A DNA stretch of 62,432 bases from a virus (lineage: Duplodnaviria; Caudoviricetes), in IMG/VR virus record IMGVR_UViG_3300037882_001611, positions 1 to 62,432 of that record; one strand, 5' to 3'. This document shows positions 20,201 through 27,818 of this stretch, piece after piece. The first letter of the stretch is position 1. Every line of letters begins with the position of its first letter. Position numbers and translations under genes: made by a program. The notes below the pieces were generated by a model. That model was not told where the DNA came from and ran no database searches. It was given only the letters and a program-made list of their open reading frames with translations.

Positions 20201-23200
20201 CTGATCTGACCGAAGAACAACGAAAGGCTTTGACGAAGAGCCTGTTTCCTCCTCGGTTCTGGCGTACTGCTCAGCCTGCTGATGTGCTCAAAAAAGCTCT
20301 TGAGGATTGGTTAAAGCGTGGTGAGGAAGCTGCTCAAGGAATTGCTGAACGTCACGCCGTGATGGCACAAGTTCAGTCTTCTGTGGATCAGATGGCAGGT
20401 GCGTCAGCTCCACACCAAATCGAAGGCTTGATCCTTTCTGGTTCCCCGGAACAGAAAGCTGCTGCTATGGAACGTCTTCGCTATGGTGATCTTGAAGTTG
20501 AGCAGGGGGCCGAACAACGCGAGATTGATTTGCGACAAGCAAATCAATCGAGTCCGGCCCCAACTTTCAAGCAGGTAACTCCGAATTTGATGGCCGGTAT
20601 GCTGGATAAGGTTATCGGCAAGATCACGAGTGATCGTCTTACACGTGCTCTGGTGCGAGATGTTATTCGTTCAGGTCGAGTAGACGATTATCAAATCCAT
20701 ATTGGAAGTCGTGAAGAACTGCTGACCAAAGCCGTTGATCTTGGTATTCAGATCCCATCGAATCGTGCTGGGTTTGAAGGTTTCATACATCCACAATCAA
20801 AATCGATTTTTGTAGTTGATGGTAATTCTGAAACTATTCTGCACGAACTAATTCATGCAGCTACATACAGCATTCTTGAAGATTTTTATAACAAGGATGC
20901 TGTTAGTAATCTGACTCCTGATACTATGGATGCAATCCGGCGTATTGAAGGTTTGATGGATGAATTCAAAAATGCTGATCTTGAAGGAGAAGCATATCAG
21001 AATGCTTTGGACGAAATGGAACGTCAGGCTGCTTCTGGAAATCAAGCAGGTGAACTCAACGAGTTCATGGCATGGGCATTGTCGAATGCTGACCTGAGCA
21101 GCCAACTCAAGGAGACAAAGATCGATAAGGCACTTCGTATTGCCCGATCAGTGATCCAGTCTCTGAAGCATCTCCTATGGGGCCGGAAGCGTTCGGCTGC
21201 CGTCAAGGATGATATGTTCACGAACCTTCGATTCAACACGAACATCATCATGCGTAGTCAGCAAAAGGTTGCTGAGACGGCCTCGGATGGAGTGTTGTTC
21301 CATGATCCTAATTTTGGTCAGTCTTCTCGTTTGACTGATCTAATGAAGCGCTTGAAATCAAAAATCATCGATTATGTAGATACGGATCCTGTAACTCATG
21401 TGATCAATCGTCGTAAACTTACTCCCGCATTAACAAATGCTTCTCGGGTTGCTGTTGCTTTTCAGAATGCTGGTTTTAATATGACAAAACAGGAGCAGAT
21501 GGCTTTCATTCATATGATAGCCATTATGGGAACTGATGCTCAGTTAGATGCTAATAGTACTTTACGTATGCAAGAATTGTTTACGCATGTCGGAAAGCAT
21601 TTGTCTCTGGAAAGCTTTATGCGTAATCCAAATCAGAATGATCCGGCTGATATTGATCAAGCTACACAGAAATTCAATATTCTGATGGGTAAATTTGCTC
21701 CTCGAAAGGATGCTTTTGATCGCAGTGTAGTACTTCCAGCATTTATTGCTTTGGCAACGGTTAATGAAGATTTCCGAAAGATTTTATCAGAAATGGAAAT
21801 GCCGAAGACCAAGTATGCACAATGGGATTCTGTAAATAATATTCTGGATAATATTGGGGATACGTCAATAGACAATCTGTCTCGATGGGTTTCTGGTGAA
21901 GGTGTTCGTACTAAGGATGTTCAAGTTGCCCTTGATGGTTTGATGGGACAGATGCTTGATACTGCTCAGGAAAGTAGACTTTATATTGAAAAGTTTACCA
22001 ATCCTGCCGGTGATGGCATTGATCGAGTAAATCAAACAGTCATTGAAGCAATGGACTGGGTAGGTAAAAAAGCTTCTGAAAATGCTAAAAATATCCAAAC
22101 TAATAATCCAGATGCGAAGATCCGTATTGGAATAGCAAGAAGCCTTCAAACCATTACTGGATTACTGAATGAACAAAATGGTCATGCTTCAGCGGTAGAG
22201 TTGATGTCGGATGCTAATCGTACAAAAATTTGGCGTCCAATTTACGATCTATTGAAAGATTTGGTAGGACGTACTACTGAAAACGCACAAGTTTATGATC
22301 TGATTAAAATCGCTCGGACTTGGGTCAATGGCATTCGTCAGCAATACCGTGAGCAATTTCCTCGGATCGTAAACAGCAAATTCAGTCGTGAACTCACGGA
22401 TGATGAGCAGAGCCATTTATATCGTGGTTTGGGTGAAACTGATTTTGCTTCACTGATGCGAGGAAATAATATTGAGCGTGTGCTTGAATTGATAAGCGAC
22501 CAAGCTGCTCGTGATGTTGAGATTCGAAATCAAATCTCTAAGATTGAAGGACTGTCGCCAGAGAACGCAAAACGTATTGAAAGCAAAGCACGCCAGCTTG
22601 CAAAATATATGGTCTCGAAGAAGAATGATCACGGGAACCTGCTTCGTAATGCTGAAGCTATTGCTCATCTTCTAAATGAGAATGGTGTGAAAGGTACTGT
22701 GACCAGTCAGGCAATGATTGATGCGATTGATCATCTTGTATCAGTTCTAGCATTCAATGAATTGAGTGATGCCTCGAAGATTTCACTTTCTTCTTTGGTT
22801 CAAAGCGAAGCCAAGGGTCTGACGTTCATCATGTCCTATCTTCAGGGACAGGATGAAATCGACCGTGCCAAGGCAACAGGGAATGCTCGGTTCAATCACT
22901 TCAAGGGATACATGCCCTCTGAGGCTGCACAGGGCGTGAGCCTGTTGGTTTCGCATGAGAGTCGTGCTGCTGGATTGCTGGAGAAGAGTTACACCCGTCT
23001 GCGGGCTTTCAGCGGTTCATCAAAGGATCCTACGGCTGGAAAACGCGATTATTATTTTGCTCCTGTATCTGGTCGTGCTCGTTTCTCTCAAGGCATTATG
23101 CAAAATGTTCAGCAGACAGTTTCTGGTGTAGATAAAGCTACAGGGTTTTCTATTGGCTTAACAGGAGGTCTTATTACTGATCCATTGTTGGTGGCTAAGA

Positions 23201-24621
23201 TCACAGCAGATCGAACCAAGGAAACTGGATTAGCTTTGATGCCTCTCTTTGATGAAAACGGGAATCTATTTGCATATGAACGAAGCATTGACCCTGCGAT
23301 GTTGGATTGGCTCCAGCTCAAAACGAACATGTCTCAGGCTATGGGCATTCGTTCAGGTCGTCAGGTTGAAGAAGCTTTGTCGCATGAGTTGAACAAGACA
23401 CTCATCAACCGTCTCCGGGATATGTGGAATAAAGATAAGCTCATTCGTTCGAGTGAATATATCAATCTCTTCAAGAGCAATGATCCAATTCATAAAGATG
23501 CTGTGAAGATTTTCTCGAATGAGACAATGGAATATATCCGAGCACGGTTTCCTGAAGGTTTCTACGTGCGAAAAGATATGATTGATGATGCGATTGGTTA
23601 TCGGTCTGCGTCTATTGGTGATGTTTGGACTGGTAATTCACGTTGGTCTCCTGCCACTCAGGAGCAGGTGAAGAAAATTTTGATGGGAATGTTTGGAAAC
23701 AAAGCATATCAATATGCAGTGCGAGCCGAATCGCTTCTCCAAAATGTCATACAGGATCTTCGAGTTGCTATTGTCATCAAGAGCATTATAGTTCCAATGG
23801 CAAATGCTGCGAGCAACATATATCAGCTCATTGGACGTGGTGTGCCCGTTGTTCAGATCTTCCGAAGCATTCCAAAGAAGACTTCTGAAATTGAAGCATG
23901 GCATAAGAGCCGGATCCGTCAGATCGAAGCAGAAGCTGAATTGATGGCGACGACTGACATTTTGGAACGGCGTCGTCTTGAAGCTGAAATTCAGACGATC
24001 AAAGACAGCCACAAGCGTCTATCAATTTGGCCATTGCTTCAAGCTGGTGAGTTCAGTTCGATCTCTGATGCTGGTTCGCGAGACGATATCCTACTGTCAG
24101 AAGGAAAGCTCAGCGAATATCTGGAACGTGCGGTCAACAAGTTGCCGAAGTCAATCCAGACGGCTGGCAAATATGCCATCATCTCGAAGGATACGGCACT
24201 GTTTCGTGCTCTTCAAAAAAGTGTCGAGTATGGCGACTTTGTTGCCAAGAGCATCTTTTATGATGATCTCGTTAAACGTCAGGGAAAAACGAAGGAAGAA
24301 GCACTTGGTCGAGTGACTGAAGAATTTGTGAATTATGATCGTCTTCCGGGACGTGATAGAGCATATCTTGAAAGCATCGGTCTTCTTTGGTTCTACAACT
24401 TTAAGATTCGTTCATCAAAGGTTGCAGTAAGTATGATTCGGAACAATCCGGTTCATAGTCTTATTTCAATGAGTTTACCACTTCCCATCAATGGAATTGG
24501 TACATCTCTCGAAGATAATCTTTGGGTTTCATTGTTTGATGGTCGTGCGTCTAACTCTATGGGATTTGGAATGGCATTCCGAGCACCGGGTCTTCTGCCG
24601 CTTAATAATTTGCTTTGGTAA
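14278..24621 (+). CDS. Virion-encapsidated RNA polymerase (N4 gp50-like)
   Basis: 3447 aa; FEADGVTNG (motif A), RGAVKNPLTITIYG (motif B), QIFDG (motif C); hallmark of N4-like phages. Confidence 0.97.
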   Translation: MATNYQDILNQYLAANPITNPDIFGTPVPKVQQVEEATNQKRREAYALSSMAADGSGYRSASQRDRDYVMMTPYQFQAKYGEEVARNLQADVSNMDAARRGDIQGRRDGITTLGDTINSAGMGFVNSLGGIAAFGLGLVNDDAGVWTSRKLGDLNEFTQSFQSDQLNAARRSYGVQQELDTRDNAANYEQNRKRFGDTVANLWRVGADVVNSVGNSFDTPMLAQDTIASGVGSLFAGGPIAKGLKVIGSAAVKGATIARPSLLLSETAGKAVSIGSKAAMPAAIGLMEGGGAYQQTAEAAYEQLRTREDLTEDQKIEMANNAALKAAAIQIPIGVATGSLVSRFEASPLRVPTVRGAASNMLKETVEEGVQSGSGQLAQNVALSQEVNPEQDLLQGVGEQIGLGALGGAGSAGVVQAPGVALRASVETAKLPFRAAGAALSYAGDRIKARNQRVQDDVLVGLHDEATIAAPDAQIEADQIIGASDAPEEVKATARNFVAQTIERLSNSTAIQEVAKRVTNVKTDIRERLGALSELSPMVHESEATQNQETPEVLQGSLIQSIKDVVANTVQSESVQKAKEQGIKLYEKYAPIINDEMKAALKKFDAHLAKHGNEVASNLPSIEVTVNDVQSELNKSTQLIVGMAEQTPEQVDPDVADRILYHSENGGINLTAPQKVTLRSASATARAVQKGSELASKYGLVNAAEVSRQVLTSAPKEDSNLSLYGHLEEIRMAYNSGDLDLATQRFADLRSFAQSQSNKVAAFNQALIGGNTSSHRPVVYDAHVGEGKFRPTSTSRVNLSPTSANSIKIAQQVAVEAVTLANAVNNLSDAFPDLGIEHIAVPLLDVSLNGEATTVAQEYRTGKRKVSVNTTDSVQTGLEPVIDVNNVENIGAEVMKEQGGQSSEFDEAGASISDPGQVVSEQTEQTEVEPDSAKMQQSEEISEPKQTEEIASSEQNQKEGADAPKEQAPEVVQEKPAINTDEQEAQTVEKMYPALLGSKMNRLWRSFKIPKIKSTRTFAVESPITIVRDGLKNETTFRQLIDGDLNRKFTSEIAKAYEQYLQIGDALLETLDNRLQAFLNKSATKKAGIDNAITWLNGQAVNIVDQNEDGSYSYNQKLIENAVLASLQWYLKMNQYGGNLDEKDVRSLLRLPIGSVLPEGLVDDINNAGMGPAEMSRSLSREIQRFWGLETDSSQPRNFSEGVPEGVAKEILVAMLDVGLLKLNEVDISSVTTNENIDHLNRYQMNTVDADGKTKVIPADHPIRQFPTAIEKAVLTESEEIHYLGQLPPAPSKTQLRNDAVENTPEQLRSLEKQQAVEHRLNMPFIEMIQQMGEVMVLRLFGGGDIENTPLNQNHKKTLAGQNLTLQSAYLSIMSLVAEAQNKADLDGIDIGDLAIHFAYNDTVVNRAQMLGKDNPQSNKLMREAILPTWKILDLTNGSVRDQFFMGLAQALGVKVHTQSREQTMSDLQKKLDGFTETLSIMTDTSQLKFTPEIIDTMKSEGVNSVAGLHALMEYARYQASEDKSAFRTSIYFEADGVTNGVINAMALFSSGPFTSEWLENIARGGYNVGEEPLSLAQIRTRFSKAAADLYGLAGTKTTEYIKMLREKYRDQKEITAQFNAIRDLLTEFLSDGIGVNENNDLIVDRGAVKNPLTITIYGAGAEGIAGNIVDELVSRIYERMSLTAQRIAEDPDLTEAQAFYGGDVQTAEIKFKQLMSNLNAIVANRLVMNDGELVVENIIKGSAKTFGDPKAFTFPKVGIDTIRQNMLHAFVEPMIDGITDTVGADLMNNLTIIKTQIQSWSLIGKFAYQAAYNEAILEKRKANPEMSKNELLSRREEQTIMKKVWKQLPFFSTGSQNFLFGMKQAMDVRTEFARGFNDELNTPAFGYTPDDAGVAGIPGITIGTGDGQTVLNAIADSDMPEGFIQIFDGIHSSVLDMETMGRVANKAVFDAWQNNPLDDLSKAFGSFVDQVDLSDLTEEQRKALTKSLFPPRFWRTAQPADVLKKALEDWLKRGEEAAQGIAERHAVMAQVQSSVDQMAGASAPHQIEGLILSGSPEQKAAAMERLRYGDLEVEQGAEQREIDLRQANQSSPAPTFKQVTPNLMAGMLDKVIGKITSDRLTRALVRDVIRSGRVDDYQIHIGSREELLTKAVDLGIQIPSNRAGFEGFIHPQSKSIFVVDGNSETILHELIHAATYSILEDFYNKDAVSNLTPDTMDAIRRIEGLMDEFKNADLEGEAYQNALDEMERQAASGNQAGELNEFMAWALSNADLSSQLKETKIDKALRIARSVIQSLKHLLWGRKRSAAVKDDMFTNLRFNTNIIMRSQQKVAETASDGVLFHDPNFGQSSRLTDLMKRLKSKIIDYVDTDPVTHVINRRKLTPALTNASRVAVAFQNAGFNMTKQEQMAFIHMIAIMGTDAQLDANSTLRMQELFTHVGKHLSLESFMRNPNQNDPADIDQATQKFNILMGKFAPRKDAFDRSVVLPAFIALATVNEDFRKILSEMEMPKTKYAQWDSVNNILDNIGDTSIDNLSRWVSGEGVRTKDVQVALDGLMGQMLDTAQESRLYIEKFTNPAGDGIDRVNQTVIEAMDWVGKKASENAKNIQTNNPDAKIRIGIARSLQTITGLLNEQNGHASAVELMSDANRTKIWRPIYDLLKDLVGRTTENAQVYDLIKIARTWVNGIRQQYREQFPRIVNSKFSRELTDDEQSHLYRGLGETDFASLMRGNNIERVLELISDQAARDVEIRNQISKIEGLSPENAKRIESKARQLAKYMVSKKNDHGNLLRNAEAIAHLLNENGVKGTVTSQAMIDAIDHLVSVLAFNELSDASKISLSSLVQSEAKGLTFIMSYLQGQDEIDRAKATGNARFNHFKGYMPSEAAQGVSLLVSHESRAAGLLEKSYTRLRAFSGSSKDPTAGKRDYYFAPVSGRARFSQGIMQNVQQTVSGVDKATGFSIGLTGGLITDPLLVAKITADRTKETGLALMPLFDENGNLFAYERSIDPAMLDWLQLKTNMSQAMGIRSGRQVEEALSHELNKTLINRLRDMWNKDKLIRSSEYINLFKSNDPIHKDAVKIFSNETMEYIRARFPEGFYVRKDMIDDAIGYRSASIGDVWTGNSRWSPATQEQVKKILMGMFGNKAYQYAVRAESLLQNVIQDLRVAIVIKSIIVPMANAASNIYQLIGRGVPVVQIFRSIPKKTSEIEAWHKSRIRQIEAEAELMATTDILERRRLEAEIQTIKDSHKRLSIWPLLQAGEFSSISDAGSRDDILLSEGKLSEYLERAVNKLPKSIQTAGKYAIISKDTALFRALQKSVEYGDFVAKSIFYDDLVKRQGKTKEEALGRVTEEFVNYDRLPGRDRAYLESIGLLWFYNFKIRSSKVAVSMIRNNPVHSLISMSLPLPINGIGTSLEDNLWVSLFDGRASNSMGFGMAFRAPGLLPLNNLLW

Positions 24622-24660
24622 AAGAAAAACCCCCCTGCTAGTTCCTTAGCAGAGGGGTTC
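24622..24660. terminator. Terminator at the convergence of + and - transcription units
   Basis: AACCCCCCTGCTA / TAGCAGAGGGGTT stem with an A-tract on the left (U-tract on the - strand). Confidence 0.75.
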
Positions 24661-24688
24661 ATTCTATAGATCTGAGAATGTGAGCTGA

Positions 24689-24853
24689 TCAGGGTTCCTG
24701 ATTTGGCGGTTTACGTTTCCCCTTGGAGAGCAGGAGCGAAACACCTAAAATCATTATCCCAACTGCTATGTAGGGAGCTGCTGAAATGATGGTAAAGATC
24801 AAAACAAGATACAGTGCCAACATTAAGATCCCTACAACAAGGATCCGCAGCAC
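24689..24853 (-). CDS. Small two-TM membrane protein (54 aa; below the ORF-track cutoff)
   Basis: GTG start after GAGG; MLRILVVGILMLALYLVLIFTIISAAPYIAVGIMILGVSLLLSKGKRKPPNQEP. Confidence 0.6.
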   Translation of the reverse strand: MLRILVVGILMLALYLVLIFTIISAAPYIAVGIMILGVSLLLSKGKRKPPNQEP

Positions 24854-24858
24854 TTACC

Positions 24859-25410
24859 TCAGTTCTTTGGTTTGGTCAAACTACCAAACAGTGAAGCGCG
24901 TGGTGCAGCTTCTCCGATTTGATCAGACTGTTCGTTTACTTCCTGATCAACAACTTCGACTTCAACTTCTTCAACTTCAACCACTTCTTCAACTTCTTCA
25001 ATTGAAGCAAGCGGCAATTCTACCTGAATTTCGTCAGACGTTTCCGTGACGACTTCGACAGGCAAATCAGCAAGATCACTGGTCTGCGTAATCGTTCCAG
25101 TCTTCTCGGTTGCCTTAGGCATATTTAAGCTTTTTGCAGCCTTGGTTCGTCCATCAATCTTGCCGTTGGCAGCAGTTTCAGCAACAGGTTCAAGTTGAGA
25201 AGTTGAACGATTTGCGATGATTGCGGTACCTTCACGAGCAACCTCATCTGCATTGCGGATGAGAATCGTTGCGGTGAAACCTGCACTCCCACGAGTAGCA
25301 GAGAGATCGATATCAAGCTGGGCATCTGGCTTGATTTCCATCATGGAACCAATGTGATCCTTGATGGCCTGTTCGATGTCGATCTGTTCGATGGTAATCT
25401 TAATCGCCAT
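24859..25410 (-). CDS. Hypothetical protein with an acidic E/V-rich C-terminal tract
   Basis: N-terminal IEQAIKDHI...ATRGSAGFTATI domain at the usual post-resolvase position. Confidence 0.65.
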   Translation of the reverse strand: MAIKITIEQIDIEQAIKDHIGSMMEIKPDAQLDIDLSATRGSAGFTATILIRNADEVAREGTAIIANRSTSQLEPVAETAANGKIDGRTKAAKSLNMPKATEKTGTITQTSDLADLPVEVVTETSDEIQVELPLASIEEVEEVVEVEEVEVEVVDQEVNEQSDQIGEAAPRASLFGSLTKPKN

Positions 25411-25422
25411 AATTATGGTACC

Positions 25423-25986
25423 TTATCTTTCAAATAGTCGCATGAGATTTTTGAACGTAGGAGTGAGCACTCCTGCGTGAATCGCACCAAATCCGTCTGC
25501 GACGTGTTCGGCTTTGGCGGCGATTAGTGTTTCACCCTTTCGAGTGTAAATTGGCCAATTAGCCTCGGGGTATAGATTGACTGCCCAATCAATCATTTGC
25601 TGTTTGGTGGCGTTTTTGTTGCCTGTGGCTGCCTGTTTGACTTCGAGAGCCGTTACTTCAATCAGCGGTATTTCGAGTGCTCGGACAGAAGCAAGGATGC
25701 CAACGCAGATCCCATAACTAGCCATTGCCCTTGCTGATTGTGATCCAACAGGAACTTCAACAAAAATAACTTTGCAGCGTTGGGCTACTTCGATAGCAGT
25801 TTTTGCTAACTGTTCTGATCTGAACAAGTCATTGGAATTGTTTCTGACTTGTTTACCTTTGAGTTCTTCTGGTTCTATGATTGTCAGATGAGGATTGTTG
25901 AGATACCCACCATTCAAATCGAGATCAGCTTCTGTGATGCCCCAGTGAGTGAGGCTTGGGTCAAACCCAGCTACACGGATTATCAT
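25423..25986 (-). CDS. RuvC-like Holliday junction resolvase
   Basis: GFDPSLTHWG N-terminal motif, FVEVP, VKQAATGNKNATKQQMI, EHVADG. Confidence 0.85.
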   Translation of the reverse strand: MIIRVAGFDPSLTHWGITEADLDLNGGYLNNPHLTIIEPEELKGKQVRNNSNDLFRSEQLAKTAIEVAQRCKVIFVEVPVGSQSARAMASYGICVGILASVRALEIPLIEVTALEVKQAATGNKNATKQQMIDWAVNLYPEANWPIYTRKGETLIAAKAEHVADGFGAIHAGVLTPTFKNLMRLFER

Positions 25987-26001
25987 GTTGACTCCAGAGA
26001 A

Positions 26002-26032
26002 AGACCCTCCTGAGTTGATTTCAGGAGGGTCT
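26002..26032 (-). terminator. Terminator after SSB
   Basis: AGACCCTCCTGA / TCAGGAGGGTCT 12-bp inverted repeat. Confidence 0.7.
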
Positions 26033-26066
26033 CTCGTTACTCCAACTTACCTCGTGAGGCAAGTTG

Positions 26067-26837
26067 TTATTTGCCAAACAATGACTTCCGTTCGCCACCC
26101 GAGCTTCCACCGGAAGCCGGAGGAGCACCAGCAGAACGACCCGGACGACCGGCTTGACCAGCTTCACCATCCTTGATGGTTCGACGATCCATGACCTTAC
26201 CCTTGTGGGCTTCAACCCATGAATCAAAGAAAGTTGGAGCTTCAGCACCATCTGTGGCTTCTTTGACTGTCATTTTGGTGGGAGAATGAAACACCTTTTC
26301 CGTAGTGTTCACATCACGGGTTTCAGCAGTGGCGGCATAGTTACCGTTGTTGTCTTTCTGGTTCTTGTTTTCCAGCCGCTTATAGATAGCCAGATAGACT
26401 TTCTTGCCGAGGAGACCGACAAGAACTGGAACCGATTTCGGCAGTTCCTTCTTGGCATCGGCATCGTAGACCTTGACAGTCTTCTCTTCCGTTTCCTGTT
26501 CAGAAAGCGGCTTGTCGGTCGTAACCAGACAGATGTCATTGACATGATCAAAGCCAGCGAGTGCTCGTTTCTTGCCTGTTTCGTTGCCATCTTTATCTTT
26601 GGCCATATAATAATTTTGGCCATTTTTGCCGGTAACGTAGAACGTCTCGCGATATTCTTTGCCGTCAGCATCATTGAAAATTATGGCAACAAACTGAGCA
26701 TTACCACTGGACTTGCCAGCATAGGCAACTTTGATTTCAAGTTCGTACACATCAGTGTCACGGCTAAAAGAGCCACCACCAACACGATCCTCCTTCTGTT
26801 CCAGACCATCATCAGTCAGATTTCCAAATAAGCCCAT
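26067..26837 (-). CDS. Single-stranded DNA-binding protein (N4 gp45-like)
   Basis: EDRVGGG N-terminus, YRETFYVT and C-terminal KSLFG typical of N4 SSB. Confidence 0.88.
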   Translation of the reverse strand: MGLFGNLTDDGLEQKEDRVGGGSFSRDTDVYELEIKVAYAGKSSGNAQFVAIIFNDADGKEYRETFYVTGKNGQNYYMAKDKDGNETGKKRALAGFDHVNDICLVTTDKPLSEQETEEKTVKVYDADAKKELPKSVPVLVGLLGKKVYLAIYKRLENKNQKDNNGNYAATAETRDVNTTEKVFHSPTKMTVKEATDGAEAPTFFDSWVEAHKGKVMDRRTIKDGEAGQAGRPGRSAGAPPASGGSSGGERKSLFGK

Positions 26838-26881
26838 GTGTTTTTCTTTCTGTATTGTTTCTCTACTTAGCTCTATGTTGA

Positions 26882-27652
26882 TTAGCTGTTGTAGAACTTA
26901 TGGAGGTGATCCAGTAGGATTTGGGCATCATTATCCATAAAGGTCTGATCCTTTCGAAACATTCCCATTGGAGAACGAATACGCTGGCCGGTTGTCTTAC
27001 TGGTCAAACGAGTTTGGAAGACATATTTGAAGCCGAGGTCTTCCTCTTCCTCGGTGACGGTCAACATTTTTCCATTACCTTCAATGAAAGGTTGGAGATC
27101 TTTGAGCGTCATTCGCTTCGTTGAAACCACGGTAGAGAAATAGGCTTCCACTCCGTTGTTCTTGAGCGAACCCTTGATCGGGACAGCCGTTTTGGTGTCC
27201 AGATTTTTTTCATCATATTCGTCCTTGGTGTGGGCGATGATGATGACCGGCTTGTTGAACTGCACCACGAGTCGTTGCATCAGATCCTTAAAGAACTGAG
27301 CATAGCTACCCCATGCAGCCATGGTGTTGGGTGAGTTCACAACATATTGAGTTTCGAACATGTCCATCAGGAACGTGATCGAATCGATGATGATTCCATC
27401 CAACATATCACGATTGGCGATGGCTTCATTGAAATATTCTACCACTTGATACGGATCACTGATCCGGACAGTGTTGAACTTATTTCTGAATGGAAGCTTT
27501 TTACCAGCTTCAGTGTTCATATATACCCAACGCTCTTGATTGCGAATATTACGCAAAGAAGCGGACTTACCAGTGGTTGACTCACCGGAAATCAAAATGA
27601 GCTGATCATTCGTTTCTGGGTAGTCATCACTGTCAGTGTGTTGTCCAGTCAT
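26882..27652 (-). CDS. AAA ATPase (N4 gp44/Sak4-like)
   Basis: Walker A GESTTGKS, Walker B IIIDS, IRSPMGMF. Confidence 0.85.
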   Translation of the reverse strand: MTGQHTDSDDYPETNDQLILISGESTTGKSASLRNIRNQERWVYMNTEAGKKLPFRNKFNTVRISDPYQVVEYFNEAIANRDMLDGIIIDSITFLMDMFETQYVVNSPNTMAAWGSYAQFFKDLMQRLVVQFNKPVIIIAHTKDEYDEKNLDTKTAVPIKGSLKNNGVEAYFSTVVSTKRMTLKDLQPFIEGNGKMLTVTEEEEDLGFKYVFQTRLTSKTTGQRIRSPMGMFRKDQTFMDNDAQILLDHLHKFYNS

Positions 27653-27818
27653 GGTATTCCTTTCTTTGGTTCAAGTCTGAAGGACCATCAGGTCTGAACC
27701 AAGAAAACAGACCTGATGGCATATTCTAGGTGAACGGCATACCGGCCCGCTTTATCGGCCTACCCGTTCTCCGACACCTAGTTGCCGATCCGTTTTATTG
27801 ATCCGAACGGATAAACGA

